From Myxococcota bacterium (GTDB lineage: Bacteria > Myxococcota > XYA12-FULL-58-9 > JALHOP01): DNA of 64,000 nt. A program made the position numbers and the translations under genes. Positions within the stretch are counted from its first letter, which is position 1, and every line of letters starts with the position of its first letter. The stretch is taken from the NCBI GenBank assembly GCA_041288095.1, contig JBGGMJ010000082.1, positions 16,349 through 80,348 of the forward strand, read 5' to 3'. Positions 26,441 through 35,944 of the stretch are shown here, one piece after another. A model generated the notes under the pieces. The model worked only from the letters and a program-made list of their open reading frames with translations. It searched no databases and had not been told where the DNA came from.

Positions 26441-26941
26441 ATGATCATCCGCCGCACGCTGCCGCTCCTATTCGCCATCGCGGTCACCGTCATGGCGCAC
26501 GGTGCCCGGGCGCAAGGCATGTTCGATCAAGGCCGCGTCCGCGTCGGAGTCATGGTCGGCGCCGTCAGCTCCTTCAACCAGACTTACTTCTTGCTGGGCG
26601 CGAGCCTCGGCTACTTCGTCCTACCCGGCCTCGAGGTGGGCGCGAGCTTCGACACCTGGCTCGGCAACTCGCCCAACGTCACGCGGGTCGCCCCAGAGCT
26701 GCGTTACGTGCTCGACATCGTCGACGTGGTGAAGCCTTACCTGGGCGGTTTCTATCGCCGCTGGATCGTCGGCGACGGCATACGCGACCTCGATAGCGTG
26801 GGCGGCCGGGGCGGGCTCATCTTCGTGCAGGGTCAAAACGCCTTCATCCAGGCCGGCGCCGTCTACGAACACTACGTCTCGAGCTGCGACGTCGACTGCT
26901 CGAATTGGTACCCGGAGATCGGCATCGCCCTGGTTTTCTGA
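26441..26941 (+). CDS. Outer-membrane beta-barrel protein (8-stranded OMP-like)
   Basis: Signal peptide ending ARA; alternating hydrophobic strands; terminal aromatic (GIALVF). Confidence 0.82.
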   Translation: MIIRRTLPLLFAIAVTVMAHGARAQGMFDQGRVRVGVMVGAVSSFNQTYFLLGASLGYFVLPGLEVGASFDTWLGNSPNVTRVAPELRYVLDIVDVVKPYLGGFYRRWIVGDGIRDLDSVGGRGGLIFVQGQNAFIQAGAVYEHYVSSCDVDCSNWYPEIGIALVF

Positions 26942-26972
26942 GGGGTACGACGCCGCGTCACACCGCCTCATC

Positions 26973-26999
26973 GAAACATGTGTTCGTGCGGGTCGATAT
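26973..26999 (+). promoter_or_regulatory. Putative sigma28/FliA-like promoter
   Basis: GAAAC-N14-GTCGATAT, ending 9 nt before the ATG at 27009. Confidence 0.5.
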
Positions 27000-27008
27000 T
27001 CGACTCCA

Positions 27009-27473
27009 ATGGAAACGTCCTCTCTCACGACCTCGACCGCGGTGGTGCCCGTTCAAGAGCCTTCGGTTCCGGCGCTTCCACCCAGAGAGCCCATGTTCAC
27101 GCTCGCCAAGGCGCGCGATACGCTCGAACGGTACGATCTCGACGGCAGCCGTCCAGAGCACGGTGGTAACCGCACTTGGGCGACGGTCAACAACGGTGTG
27201 AGTGCGGCTTTGGCCGCGGGTCACTGCTTCCCGGTGGTGTCGTGGTTCTGCGCTCCCGCTTCCATCACCTTCGGCGGCATCAAAGTGGTCGCCGGCTTGT
27301 TCAGCCTGCTCGGCGACGAGGGCGGTATCGCGCGCGGCCTGATGATCAGCGGCGCCAAGAGCATGGCCCTGGGCGCGTCGGTCTTCCTGCTGCCGGGCGT
27401 GAGCGAGGCCTTGAGCATCGCCGCGGCCGTCAAAGACGGCGCCGACGCGGTCAACGCCTCGGTCGACAAGTAG
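27009..27473 (+). CDS. Orphan protein with Ser/Thr-rich N-terminus and hydrophobic Gly/Ala-rich helices
   Basis: METSSLTTSTAVVP start; hydrophobic C-terminal half; no signal peptide. Confidence 0.68.
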   Translation: METSSLTTSTAVVPVQEPSVPALPPREPMFTLAKARDTLERYDLDGSRPEHGGNRTWATVNNGVSAALAAGHCFPVVSWFCAPASITFGGIKVVAGLFSLLGDEGGIARGLMISGAKSMALGASVFLLPGVSEALSIAAAVKDGADAVNASVDK

Positions 27474-27479
27474 GACTGC

Positions 27480-29441
27480 CTACTGGCCGGTCTTGCCGGC
27501 GAGCCATGCGTCCCGCCGCGCTACCACCGTGGCATCGGCGTCGGGGATGACCTCGAGCTCGTAAGCCACATTGGGCTTGGCGGCGAGCTTCACCGGCAGG
27601 CGCATGATCTCTTCGCGGCGCGCCACCAAGAGCTCGACATCGTCGCCGGCGTGATAACGCTTCAAGCGGCCTTCGAGATCGCCACCGCGGACGCGGAATT
27701 GATCGATGGCGATGAGCTCGTCGTCCGCGTTCAAGCCCGCGAGGAAAGCAGGCGAGTCGCGCAGCACGGTCTTCACGACGTTGCGCCCGTTGTCGGTCTT
27801 GAAGTCGGCGCCGAGCCAGCCGAGGTCCGAGCCCATCCACGGATCACCGCTCGCGACGCCCTCCCCTTTCTTGGGCGGGGTCGGTGCCTTGAAGCGTAAG
27901 CCCACCCAAGCAAGCACCGCGTCGTAGTCGAGCTCTTGCGTCGAGCTGACCGCGCGCCCGAGCCAGGTCGACATGTCCGTTCCGGCGGTCTCGCTGATGA
28001 GGGCGCGGAACTCGTCTTCGGTGTACCCGCATTGGCCGGCGTACTTGGCGTAGGCGGCGCGCATGACGTCGTCGAGGCTCTTGGCGTTGTTGCTCGCCTT
28101 GCGGATCTCGAGGTCGAGGAGCCACGCCACCACCGCGCCCTTGGTGTAGTAGCTGATCGTCGCGTTGTTCGAGTTTTCGTCGGGCCGGTAGAACTTGATC
28201 CAAGCGTCGAACGAGCTGGCGTCGAGCGGCTGCACCTTGCGGCCGGGGCCGTTCTGCAGGCGCTCGATGTTCTTGCTCATGTGCTTCAAGTACTCGTCGC
28301 GCGTCGTCAGGCCGGCGCGGTGCACGAAGAGGTCGTCGTAGTACGAGGTCACGCCCTCGACGATCCACAAGCTCGGCGTGTGATTCTCGCGCTCGTAGTC
28401 GAACGGCCCGAGTGCGATGGGCCGCAGCCGCTTGATGTTCCAGGTGTGGAAGAACTCGTGCGCCACTACGGACAACCAGCTGGTGTAGTCCTCGCGGTCG
28501 CGGCTCGCCCAGCGGTTGCCCATGAGGACGGTGGAGCTGCCGTGCTCGAGGCCGCCGCCGCCCGTGTCGTTCAAGATGTTGATGAAGGCAAACTGCGCGT
28601 ACGGCACCACGCCCCAGAAGGCGTGCTCGGTGGCGACAATCTTCTTCACGTCGGCGGCGTAGCGCTCGGCGTCCCAGACCGCGCCACCGCCTTGCGTGGC
28701 GATCAGATGGCGCTTGCCGGCTTCCTCGAACTCCTGAACCAAGAGGCTGCCGCCGCTGATGATGGGCGAGTCGACGAGCACGTCGAAGTTGGGCGCGCGG
28801 AAACGCAGCGAGCTGCCGTCGGGATGCGGTGGCATGGCGGTCACGGTCTTCTTCCAGCCGCGATGCGGCACCACGCGCACGTCGTGCGGCCGGGGCTCGC
28901 CGCCGGCGATGGTCATGAAGGTCGCGGCGCCGTTCAACAAGGCGAAGTCGCGCTCGATCCAGTTGTTGCGCACGGTGAGCTCGTGGCCGTAGACGCGATA
29001 GCGGACAAGGACGATCTTGGCGCCGTTGGTGGTCACGCGCCAGCGGTTCTTGGCGGTTTTCACCATCGGTAGAACGGCACCGTCCGCGGTCGACGCCGCC
29101 GCGCCCTCGACGTTGCGCGCGTATTCGCGAACCATGTACGAGCCCGGCGTCCACACCGGCAGCATGAGCTCCAAGGTGGCGGCACCGTCGGTGGGAAAAT
29201 GCGCCGCGACGTCCACGTAGTGGGTCTCGGGGTCGTTGAACTGGACGATGTACTCGATGGGGTCGCGCTTGGCCGCCTCCGGCCTACCCGCGAGCGGGTC
29301 GTAGCACTTGGCGGCATCGATGGACGGTACGCTGACGTTGCTGGGCGACGGGCCTTCGGCCATTGGAGTCTCCTCGGGCTGCTTGCCGCTCGGCGCACAT
29401 GCGACGGCGCACAACGATACGATCACGGCAAGGGAACGCAT
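27480..29441 (-). CDS. M61-family (glycyl aminopeptidase-like) metallopeptidase with PDZ domain, lipoprotein
   Basis: Lipobox LCAVAC; PVWTPGSY.VREY, GLEH, HEFFHTWN, W.VEGVTSYY and ISYYTKG; C-terminal PDZ (SPA..AGL..DDEL.AID). Confidence 0.93.
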   Translation of the reverse strand: MRSLAVIVSLCAVACAPSGKQPEETPMAEGPSPSNVSVPSIDAAKCYDPLAGRPEAAKRDPIEYIVQFNDPETHYVDVAAHFPTDGAATLELMLPVWTPGSYMVREYARNVEGAAASTADGAVLPMVKTAKNRWRVTTNGAKIVLVRYRVYGHELTVRNNWIERDFALLNGAATFMTIAGGEPRPHDVRVVPHRGWKKTVTAMPPHPDGSSLRFRAPNFDVLVDSPIISGGSLLVQEFEEAGKRHLIATQGGGAVWDAERYAADVKKIVATEHAFWGVVPYAQFAFINILNDTGGGGLEHGSSTVLMGNRWASRDREDYTSWLSVVAHEFFHTWNIKRLRPIALGPFDYERENHTPSLWIVEGVTSYYDDLFVHRAGLTTRDEYLKHMSKNIERLQNGPGRKVQPLDASSFDAWIKFYRPDENSNNATISYYTKGAVVAWLLDLEIRKASNNAKSLDDVMRAAYAKYAGQCGYTEDEFRALISETAGTDMSTWLGRAVSSTQELDYDAVLAWVGLRFKAPTPPKKGEGVASGDPWMGSDLGWLGADFKTDNGRNVVKTVLRDSPAFLAGLNADDELIAIDQFRVRGGDLEGRLKRYHAGDDVELLVARREEIMRLPVKLAAKPNVAYELEVIPDADATVVARRDAWLAGKTGQ

Positions 29442-29502
29442 GGCGCGGGTCTATAGCAACACCTTGCTGTCTTGATGAAGGCCAGCCTAGTGTCCCGCCC
29501 GC

Positions 29503-30075
29503 ATGATTCTCTCCGACCGCGATTTGAAGGCGCGTCTCGCCAAGGGTGATTTCGTCGTCAAACCGTTCGGCGACCCCGAGCTGCAAATCCAGCCGGCGAG
29601 CATCGACCTGCGCCTCGCCAGCGATTTCATCACCTATCGCCTGCCGCACGTCCCGGTCCTCGACCCCAACGACAACGAGCTGCTCGCCAAGATCACCGAG
29701 ACCCATCACGTCGCTGACGGCGACGCGTTCATTCTCCACCCGGGCGAGTTCGCGCTGGGCTCGACCATCGAATGGGTGCGCATTCCCAACGACCTAGTGG
29801 CGCGCGTCGAGGGTCGCAGCAGCATCGGCCGCCTCGCCATCGTGGTGCACGCCACCGCCGGCTTCATCGACCCGGGCTTCGAAGGCCAGATCACACTCGA
29901 GCTGTCGAATCTGGGTCGCGTGCCGGTGAAGCTGTATCCGGGCATGCGCATCAGCCAGATCGTGCTGCACACAATGACCAGCGCCGCCGAGCGTCCGTAT
30001 GGACCGAAGCGCGGCAGCAAGTATTTCGGCCAGACGGGCCCGGTCACGAGTCGCATCACCAACGACAAGCGCTAG
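29503..30075 (+). CDS. dcd: dCTP deaminase
   Basis: [34 protein letters not shown] and [14 protein letters not shown]. Confidence 0.96.
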   Translation: MILSDRDLKARLAKGDFVVKPFGDPELQIQPASIDLRLASDFITYRLPHVPVLDPNDNELLAKITETHHVADGDAFILHPGEFALGSTIEWVRIPNDLVARVEGRSSIGRLAIVVHATAGFIDPGFEGQITLELSNLGRVPVKLYPGMRISQIVLHTMTSAAERPYGPKRGSKYFGQTGPVTSRITNDKR

Positions 30076-30729
30076 ATGCGCGTCGCTTTCTTCGACCTCG
30101 ATCGCACCTTGGTGCACGGCAACTCCGCGCGCCTCTGGGTGCGGCACGAGTGGCGGCGTGGCGCTCTGCGCAACCGCATATTCTTGAAGGGGCTCGCGTA
30201 CCTCGCGGCGTACCGCATGGGCTACGCCGACGTCGAAGATGCGCTGCGTCTCGGCATCACGACGCTCGCCGGTCAGCGCGAAAGCGAGCTGTCCGCGTTG
30301 GCGGTCAGCTTCTACGCGCGCGAGGTGAAGCCGCTCTTGCGTCGCGACGCGCGCAGCGCCATCGCGCGACATCGGGCCGCGGGTAACAAGCTGGTGCTCT
30401 TGACCTCGTCATCGCCCTACTTGTCCAGCGCCGTCACCAGTGATCTCGGTCTCGACGACTTCTTGTGCACGCGTTTCGAGGTCGACGGCGCCGGCTGCTT
30501 CACGGGCCGGGCCCTCGAGCCTGTCTGTTTTGGCGGAGGCAAGGTCCGGCTGGCGACGAGCTACGTCGAGAAGCAAGGCGTCCATCTCGCCGACTGCGCC
30601 TTCTACAGCGACTCGTTCTCGGACCTACCGATGCTCGAAGCGGTCGGCGAGCCGGTCGTCGTGACACCGGACCCGCGGCTGCGCCGGCATGCGCGAGCGC
30701 GCGGCTGGCCGATCGTCACCTGGACCTAG
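30076..30729 (+). CDS. HAD-IB family hydrolase (SerB-like)
   Basis: FFDLDRTL, LLTSS, GGGK and FYSDSFSDLPML..VG.P; directly abuts dcd. Confidence 0.93.
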   Translation: MRVAFFDLDRTLVHGNSARLWVRHEWRRGALRNRIFLKGLAYLAAYRMGYADVEDALRLGITTLAGQRESELSALAVSFYAREVKPLLRRDARSAIARHRAAGNKLVLLTSSSPYLSSAVTSDLGLDDFLCTRFEVDGAGCFTGRALEPVCFGGGKVRLATSYVEKQGVHLADCAFYSDSFSDLPMLEAVGEPVVVTPDPRLRRHARARGWPIVTWT

Positions 30730-30817
30730 TTGTAGGCCTGTTGCCCACACCCAGAAAGCTCGTTCCCACTTTCCGGGCGTGGCGCGACCAATGGAGTGAG
30801 TCGAGGAGGACCCACTC

Positions 30818-31966
30818 ATGAAACGCCTATTTTCGCTGTTCTTGTTGATGATTTTCGCCGCTTGCGGAAACCACCCATCGCAGACGCCCAACGCCGGCGA
30901 TCCGAACGACGAGCATACGCAGAACCAGTTCGACACCTCGGAAGACCCCGCCGAAGCCAACGCTCCGAGCTGGCGCTACGCCCAACCCCCGCCCGGTACG
31001 CCACGCGACCTCAGCCGTGATGAGGACACGCGTGGCGACAGCCGGTCGAAGCTGGGCTCGAACCAGGCGCCACGCCCCGCGGAGCCCCGCATGGAAGAGC
31101 GCGCTCCGGCCCCGACTTCGTCGCCGTCCAGCGCGAACAAGAGCGCGCCCGCGAAGGACTACGCGAGCTCCGAAGGCGAGGCCGCGCGTGGTCGTGGCGC
31201 CGGTGGCGGTGGCGACAAGTCGGACAGCGGCGCCGCCCCGATGGCCAAGCGCAGCCTGCCGCAACAGCAGGATGACCGTCCCGGCCTGGGCACGACCTGG
31301 GGCGAGACCCGCTACTCGGCGGTGAACGAGGTGCACTTCGAGCGCGACGGCGAGTCGCCGAGCTACACCGCGGTCATGCACTACAACGACCACCGTGGCG
31401 CCAGCGCCCTCGCCGGCTACTCGACCTCCAGCCGTAGCGCCGCCATCGGGCTCGGCTCGGCGCTGACCATGTCGGTCCGCGACGAGTACGGCAACAACCT
31501 CTCGGCGGTCCGCGGTAACGGTCGCACCGTCGCCGTCGGCGAAAACGGCCAGCGCTACACCATCGTCGTCGACAACAATACCAACGAGCGTTTCGAGGTG
31601 GTCTTGAGCGTCGATGGTCTCGACGTCCTCGATGGTCGCGAGGCCGCTTATGGCAAGCGCGGCTATCTCATCGAGCCTTACGGTCACCTCGAGGTCGAGG
31701 GCTTCCGCCAGAGCGACGACGCGGTCGCGGCCTTCCGCTTCGGCAGCGTGCGCGACTCGTATGCCGCCCGCACCGGCCAGGGCCGCAACGTCGGCGTCAT
31801 CGGCGCCGCGGCCTTCGGTGAGCGTGGCTACCGCGCCCGCCTCCTCGCCTACCAGGAGCGCCTGAACGCCATCCGCTACCAGGGTGGCGAGGTCGAGCGC
31901 CGCCGCAACGCGGATCCCTTCCCGGGCCGCTACGCGACGCCGCCGCAATGGACGGTTGCTCGCTAA
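30818..31966 (+). CDS. Conserved hypothetical lipoprotein with a low-complexity linker and a C-terminal beta-rich domain
   Basis: GAGGAGG RBS; lipobox IFAAC; C-terminal EVVLSVDGLDV..G...GY...GFR.S...VAAFRF...GVIG domain. Confidence 0.78.
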   Translation: MKRLFSLFLLMIFAACGNHPSQTPNAGDPNDEHTQNQFDTSEDPAEANAPSWRYAQPPPGTPRDLSRDEDTRGDSRSKLGSNQAPRPAEPRMEERAPAPTSSPSSANKSAPAKDYASSEGEAARGRGAGGGGDKSDSGAAPMAKRSLPQQQDDRPGLGTTWGETRYSAVNEVHFERDGESPSYTAVMHYNDHRGASALAGYSTSSRSAAIGLGSALTMSVRDEYGNNLSAVRGNGRTVAVGENGQRYTIVVDNNTNERFEVVLSVDGLDVLDGREAAYGKRGYLIEPYGHLEVEGFRQSDDAVAAFRFGSVRDSYAARTGQGRNVGVIGAAAFGERGYRARLLAYQERLNAIRYQGGEVERRRNADPFPGRYATPPQWTVAR

Positions 31967-32008
31967 AACAGACGACTGCCGTGGAACACCACTCGAGGGG
32001 TTGTTCAC

Positions 32009-32305
32009 TCAGAGTAGAGTGAGCAGCTCCTCGAGTGCGTTTGGGTCGCCTTCGACGGTGACGGCGGCAAGGTGGTCGGCGCTGGGATTACCCGTCAGTA
32101 CTTCGGTGAGCGCCTCCTCGGGACCGGCGATGGTGACGTCCACCTGCCCGCGCTCGTCGACCGCCAGGCTTTGCACGCCACCGCGGACGAGACCCAAGCC
32201 GAGCTCGATCACCCACTGGCCCCGCGGCTCGCAGCGCACACCGATGACCGCGCCTCGGGGACCCCGCCGCCCAGCCAAGCGCTGGGCCAGCTCGTCCATG
32301 AGCAC
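32009..32305 (-). CDS. Small SCP2-like protein
   Basis: DVTIAGPEEAL..VL.G......V.VEGD...L..L SCP2-like pattern; start uncertain (the frame stays open further upstream). Confidence 0.55.
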   Translation of the reverse strand: MLMDELAQRLAGRRGPRGAVIGVRCEPRGQWVIELGLGLVRGGVQSLAVDERGQVDVTIAGPEEALTEVLTGNPSADHLAAVTVEGDPNALEELLTLL

Positions 32306-32334
32306 CGGCAGCGTCAGTACGGTGCTCCCATGGT

Positions 32335-33528
32335 CTAGTTGACCAGCCGCGTCTCTTCCAGCAGCTGCATGGCGATATCGACCGCCTTCTTGGCCTTCTC
32401 GCGCACCTTGTCAGCGGTCTCGACGCCCGACATCGCGCTCTTCTGCGCGTCGTTGAGCTGGCCAACCTCGGCCTTGAGACGGTCGCGCTCGCCGGCGACC
32501 TCTTTGAGCTTGTCGACGAGCTGAGCGATCTTGTCGGTCAGCTCGTTGCGCTCACCGCCGATGCTCTCGGCCTTCGCTTGCGTGTCGCGCATCTGAGCGC
32601 GCGCCGCTTCGGCATCGGCCTGCGCCTTCTGGGCGTCCTGCTGGTACTTGGCGATCTCGCGCTCGACCTGGGTGAGCTTCTTCTTGGATTCGAGCGCGTC
32701 ACGGGCGCGAGCGCTCTCGGCGAGCAGGCGGTCGTTGAACGCGACCTCCTTTTCCTGGGCCTCTTGCTCGAGCTTCTGCACGCGGGCGCGAAGTTGCTTC
32801 ACCTCGTTGCGCAGGCCGTTGAGCTCGGCGTCGCTCTGCGGATTGCTCTTGGCCACGCTCGTCGATGGCGCCGGGGACGTGGCCGCTGGAGCGGACTGGG
32901 CGCGGCTCGGCGCCGGCTCCGCGATGGAGACACTGGCGCTGTCGGACGAAAACAGCTCTTTGGCCCGCTCGGTATCGCGCGACTTGGCGCCGCTGTCTTC
33001 GCCCTCGAAGCTGACGTCGAGAAACTCCTCGTCATCGGCCGGCGCTGGAGCTGGAGCGGCGGCGCGGCGGGTCGCGGGCTGCGGCGCGTTGTTGGGAATC
33101 TCGACTTCGAGCTCGTCGATCGAGACTTCGACCTCGTGCGCCGCGGAGCTGGCGGAGCCGAGCTTCACGTACTGGCCCACGGAGCTCATGATGAGGTCCA
33201 TGGTGAACGGCTTCTTGATGTAGGCCTCGGCGCGGGTGCGCAGCTTCTTGTGCTGCTCGAAGGTCTCCTCGGTCGCCTGGCTCGAGGTGAGAATGAGCGG
33301 AATGGAAGCCATCCCCCCATCCTTCTTGAGCTTGTTGCAGACCGAATAGCCGCTGCCGCGCGTCAGCTCGACGCACAGGATGATGAGGTCGGGCTTGTTG
33401 GTGCGCACATACTCGAGGCCGTCGGTGCCGTCCGCGGTCACGTGGCTGTCGACGCCGCGGGCCGCCAGAGCGTCTCTCAGGGCCTGCGCGACCGCGGGCT
33501 CGCTGTCGATGATGAGAACGTTCGCCAT
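32335..33528 (-). CDS. FrzS/AglZ-like pseudo-receiver plus coiled-coil protein
   Basis: Receiver fold with the phospho-Asp replaced (DLIILCVEL) and motif FEQHKKLRTRAEAYIKKPF; acidic/Pro linker; long heptad coiled coil; start moved to ATG 33528. Confidence 0.82.
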   Translation of the reverse strand: MANVLIIDSEPAVAQALRDALAARGVDSHVTADGTDGLEYVRTNKPDLIILCVELTRGSGYSVCNKLKKDGGMASIPLILTSSQATEETFEQHKKLRTRAEAYIKKPFTMDLIMSSVGQYVKLGSASSAAHEVEVSIDELEVEIPNNAPQPATRRAAAPAPAPADDEEFLDVSFEGEDSGAKSRDTERAKELFSSDSASVSIAEPAPSRAQSAPAATSPAPSTSVAKSNPQSDAELNGLRNEVKQLRARVQKLEQEAQEKEVAFNDRLLAESARARDALESKKKLTQVEREIAKYQQDAQKAQADAEAARAQMRDTQAKAESIGGERNELTDKIAQLVDKLKEVAGERDRLKAEVGQLNDAQKSAMSGVETADKVREKAKKAVDIAMQLLEETRLVN

Positions 33529-33646
33529 GGCGCGATTATGTCGCCCAGCCGACACAGGGGCAAGGAAAGCCGCAGCCCTGTCGGCAGAAGTTGGCGCGGT
33601 AGGCTAATTTGCCCCGTCAGCGGATCCTTGCTACCAAACTCGTTCG

Positions 33647-35896
33647 ATGCCCCTCGCCATCCATCGTCCGTATCCCGGCGTTGCGCTGGTCGTGACCGAT
33701 GACGGCTCGGTCCTGTTGGGCGCACCCGCGGACGCCTTCAAGGCAGTGAAGGCGTACTGCACCAAGCACACGATCCCGTTCCCCAGGATCTTGGTGGCTC
33801 CGCGACAGACGCTGGCGCATGCGACGCCGCAGTTCGTGCCCGAGTTTTTCCTCTACGATTTTCTCTTCGTCTACGGCGCGGCCTTCAAGCCCGACCTCGC
33901 CAATGAACGCATGGTCCTGGTCGTCGACTCGCATCGCGAGAAAGGCGAGCGCGACGCTTTGCGCATGACCCTCCTGGGCCCCACGGCCGCGGAGCTCGAG
34001 AGCTATCGCGACAGCCAAGGTCGGCCGGCAATGAGCCAAGCCGACATGGACGTCCTCTCCGCCATCAGCGGACACATGGCGGTCAAGCGCGGCGGCGCGG
34101 TGATGCAAGTCGAGGACATGGTGCGCACCGTCACCTTCGCGGCCGACGGCAGCGCCAGCTTGTTCGACGGGCGCCTGAAGCTCACTCGCGACGCAGGCAG
34201 CGGCATCACGATCAAGGTCGGTGACCAGCAAGAAGTCGTCGACCTGACCGTTCCAGCGGGCATCACGCCTTTCAACACCCTGCCCACTCCAGCGGCGCCC
34301 CTCTTGCCGTTACGCTTCGGCATTCAATCGCTCGGCGTCCGCAGCGGCTTCGACCTCACCGGGCCGACCACGGGCTTTCTCTTCTGGGTGAACGGCCGTG
34401 GCGTCCTCTTCGACGGGCCAGCGCGCACCCGGAGCCTGCTCGACAGCCAAGGCATCGCTTTCGCCGACATCGACGCGCTGATCCTCTCGCATTGCCACGA
34501 AGATCACATGAACAGCTTCGTGGAGCTGACCACCACGGGCCACCGGCCCCGCGTCTACACGACGGAAGCCATCTACCGAAGCGCCCTGATCAAGCTCGCC
34601 AACTACTTCGACAGCACGCCCGACGAGGTCGCGAAGCTCGTCGACTACCACCGCGTCACCCCAGGCGAGCCCGTCGAGATTGCCGGCGCCACCTTCGACT
34701 TCTTCTACACCGTGCACCCGATCCCGACCCTCGGCGTCGACGTGGGCCTGCGTGACGAAGCCGGTCAGGCACATCGCATCGTCGTCAGCGGTGACACCAT
34801 CCACCTCGACGGCCTCGCCAAGATGAGCGAGGCCGGCGTGGTTCCGTCCGAGATGGCGGACCGATTGACCCGGCTGGTGCCCGACGAGAAGGTGCCGCGC
34901 AGCCTCTTCTTCACCGACGTCGGCGAAGCGCTCATCCACGGCCATCCGAAGGACTGGCAGAAGAGCGCCAACCACGTGGTCTACTACCACTGCCCCGACA
35001 ACGAGCACACGCGCGGGTTCGGGCAGGAGATCGGTACGCCGGGCAAGGTCTACACCTTGATCGAGGGGCTGCCTGCCGCCGCTCTCGCTCCGCAACGGAT
35101 CGTCGCCGCGCTCGGCGAGATGACCTTCTTCGGGCCTGGGTTTTTGGCCGAAGGTTTGTTTCGCGGCAGACTGCGCGAAGTGCCGGCGGGCGGCGTGCTT
35201 GCCACCGCTGGTCAAGCTTCGGGCTTGCGCGACACGCTCACGGTGATCGTCGCGGGCACCGCGTCGTCGTTGGTGAGCGACGCCACCACCCCCGCCACGG
35301 GCCAGGCGCACGTGTTGCGGCCCGGCGACTTCTTCGGAGTCTTCGAGAGCATCGACAGCGGCGGCCGCGCCAACGCCACCATCACGGCGATCACTCCGAT
35401 GGTCGTCATCGACCTCCCGGGCGACCTCGTCGACAACGCTATCGCGGAGAGCGGCGCCGACGACAGCGTCGACCGCATGCGCACGGTCCGCCCGCTCCTC
35501 GACAGCGCGGCGCTGTTCTCGAGCCTGTCGATTCCGGACCGCTCGCTGCTCGCCAAGAGCGGCATCGAGGAGCGCTATCCGGCCGGCGAGATCATCATGC
35601 ACCAGGGTCAGATGGCCGATGACTTCTTCGTCCTCGTGCAAGGGGACGTCGAGCTCAAGCGCGGCGAGCGTTTGGTCGCTCAAGTAGCGGCCGACTCACG
35701 CGACAACTTCTTCGGCGAGCAAACCGCCGTCTACTCGAGCAAGGCGCGCGAGATCACCGCGCGGGCGCTGACTCCAGCCCGGGTCGTTCGCATCCCCGGG
35801 CGTGAGCTGCGCAAGATGTTCTTTACGCGCAGCATGGCGCTGCATCAGACGCTGGCGCGGACGATGGATGAGCGCACGCGCCGGGCCGGCGCCTAA
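33647..35896 (+). CDS. Metallo-beta-lactamase-fold hydrolase fused to two cNMP-binding domains (putative cyclic-nucleotide phosphodiesterase)
   Basis: SHCHEDH, HPIP, SGDT and HGHP metal ligands; C-terminal GEII.HQG...DDFFVLVQGDV...FFGE cNMP domain preceded by a degenerate one. Confidence 0.8.
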   Translation: MPLAIHRPYPGVALVVTDDGSVLLGAPADAFKAVKAYCTKHTIPFPRILVAPRQTLAHATPQFVPEFFLYDFLFVYGAAFKPDLANERMVLVVDSHREKGERDALRMTLLGPTAAELESYRDSQGRPAMSQADMDVLSAISGHMAVKRGGAVMQVEDMVRTVTFAADGSASLFDGRLKLTRDAGSGITIKVGDQQEVVDLTVPAGITPFNTLPTPAAPLLPLRFGIQSLGVRSGFDLTGPTTGFLFWVNGRGVLFDGPARTRSLLDSQGIAFADIDALILSHCHEDHMNSFVELTTTGHRPRVYTTEAIYRSALIKLANYFDSTPDEVAKLVDYHRVTPGEPVEIAGATFDFFYTVHPIPTLGVDVGLRDEAGQAHRIVVSGDTIHLDGLAKMSEAGVVPSEMADRLTRLVPDEKVPRSLFFTDVGEALIHGHPKDWQKSANHVVYYHCPDNEHTRGFGQEIGTPGKVYTLIEGLPAAALAPQRIVAALGEMTFFGPGFLAEGLFRGRLREVPAGGVLATAGQASGLRDTLTVIVAGTASSLVSDATTPATGQAHVLRPGDFFGVFESIDSGGRANATITAITPMVVIDLPGDLVDNAIAESGADDSVDRMRTVRPLLDSAALFSSLSIPDRSLLAKSGIEERYPAGEIIMHQGQMADDFFVLVQGDVELKRGERLVAQVAADSRDNFFGEQTAVYSSKAREITARALTPARVVRIPGRELRKMFFTRSMALHQTLARTMDERTRRAGA

Positions 35897-35901
35897 TTTA
35901 C

Positions 35902-35921
35902 CGCGCCGCGGGGGCGGCGCG
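35902..35921. terminator. GC hairpin between convergent genes
   Basis: CGCGCCGC-GGGG-GCGGCGCG 8-bp stem; U-tract weak. Confidence 0.4.
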
Positions 35922-35944
35922 AAGGTCCCTCCGCGTGCCGGCGG

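Noticed and set aside
33647-35896. Pycsar/CBASS-type defence system
   Set aside because: No cyclase, TIR or TM effector gene nearby; flanked by housekeeping and signalling genes.
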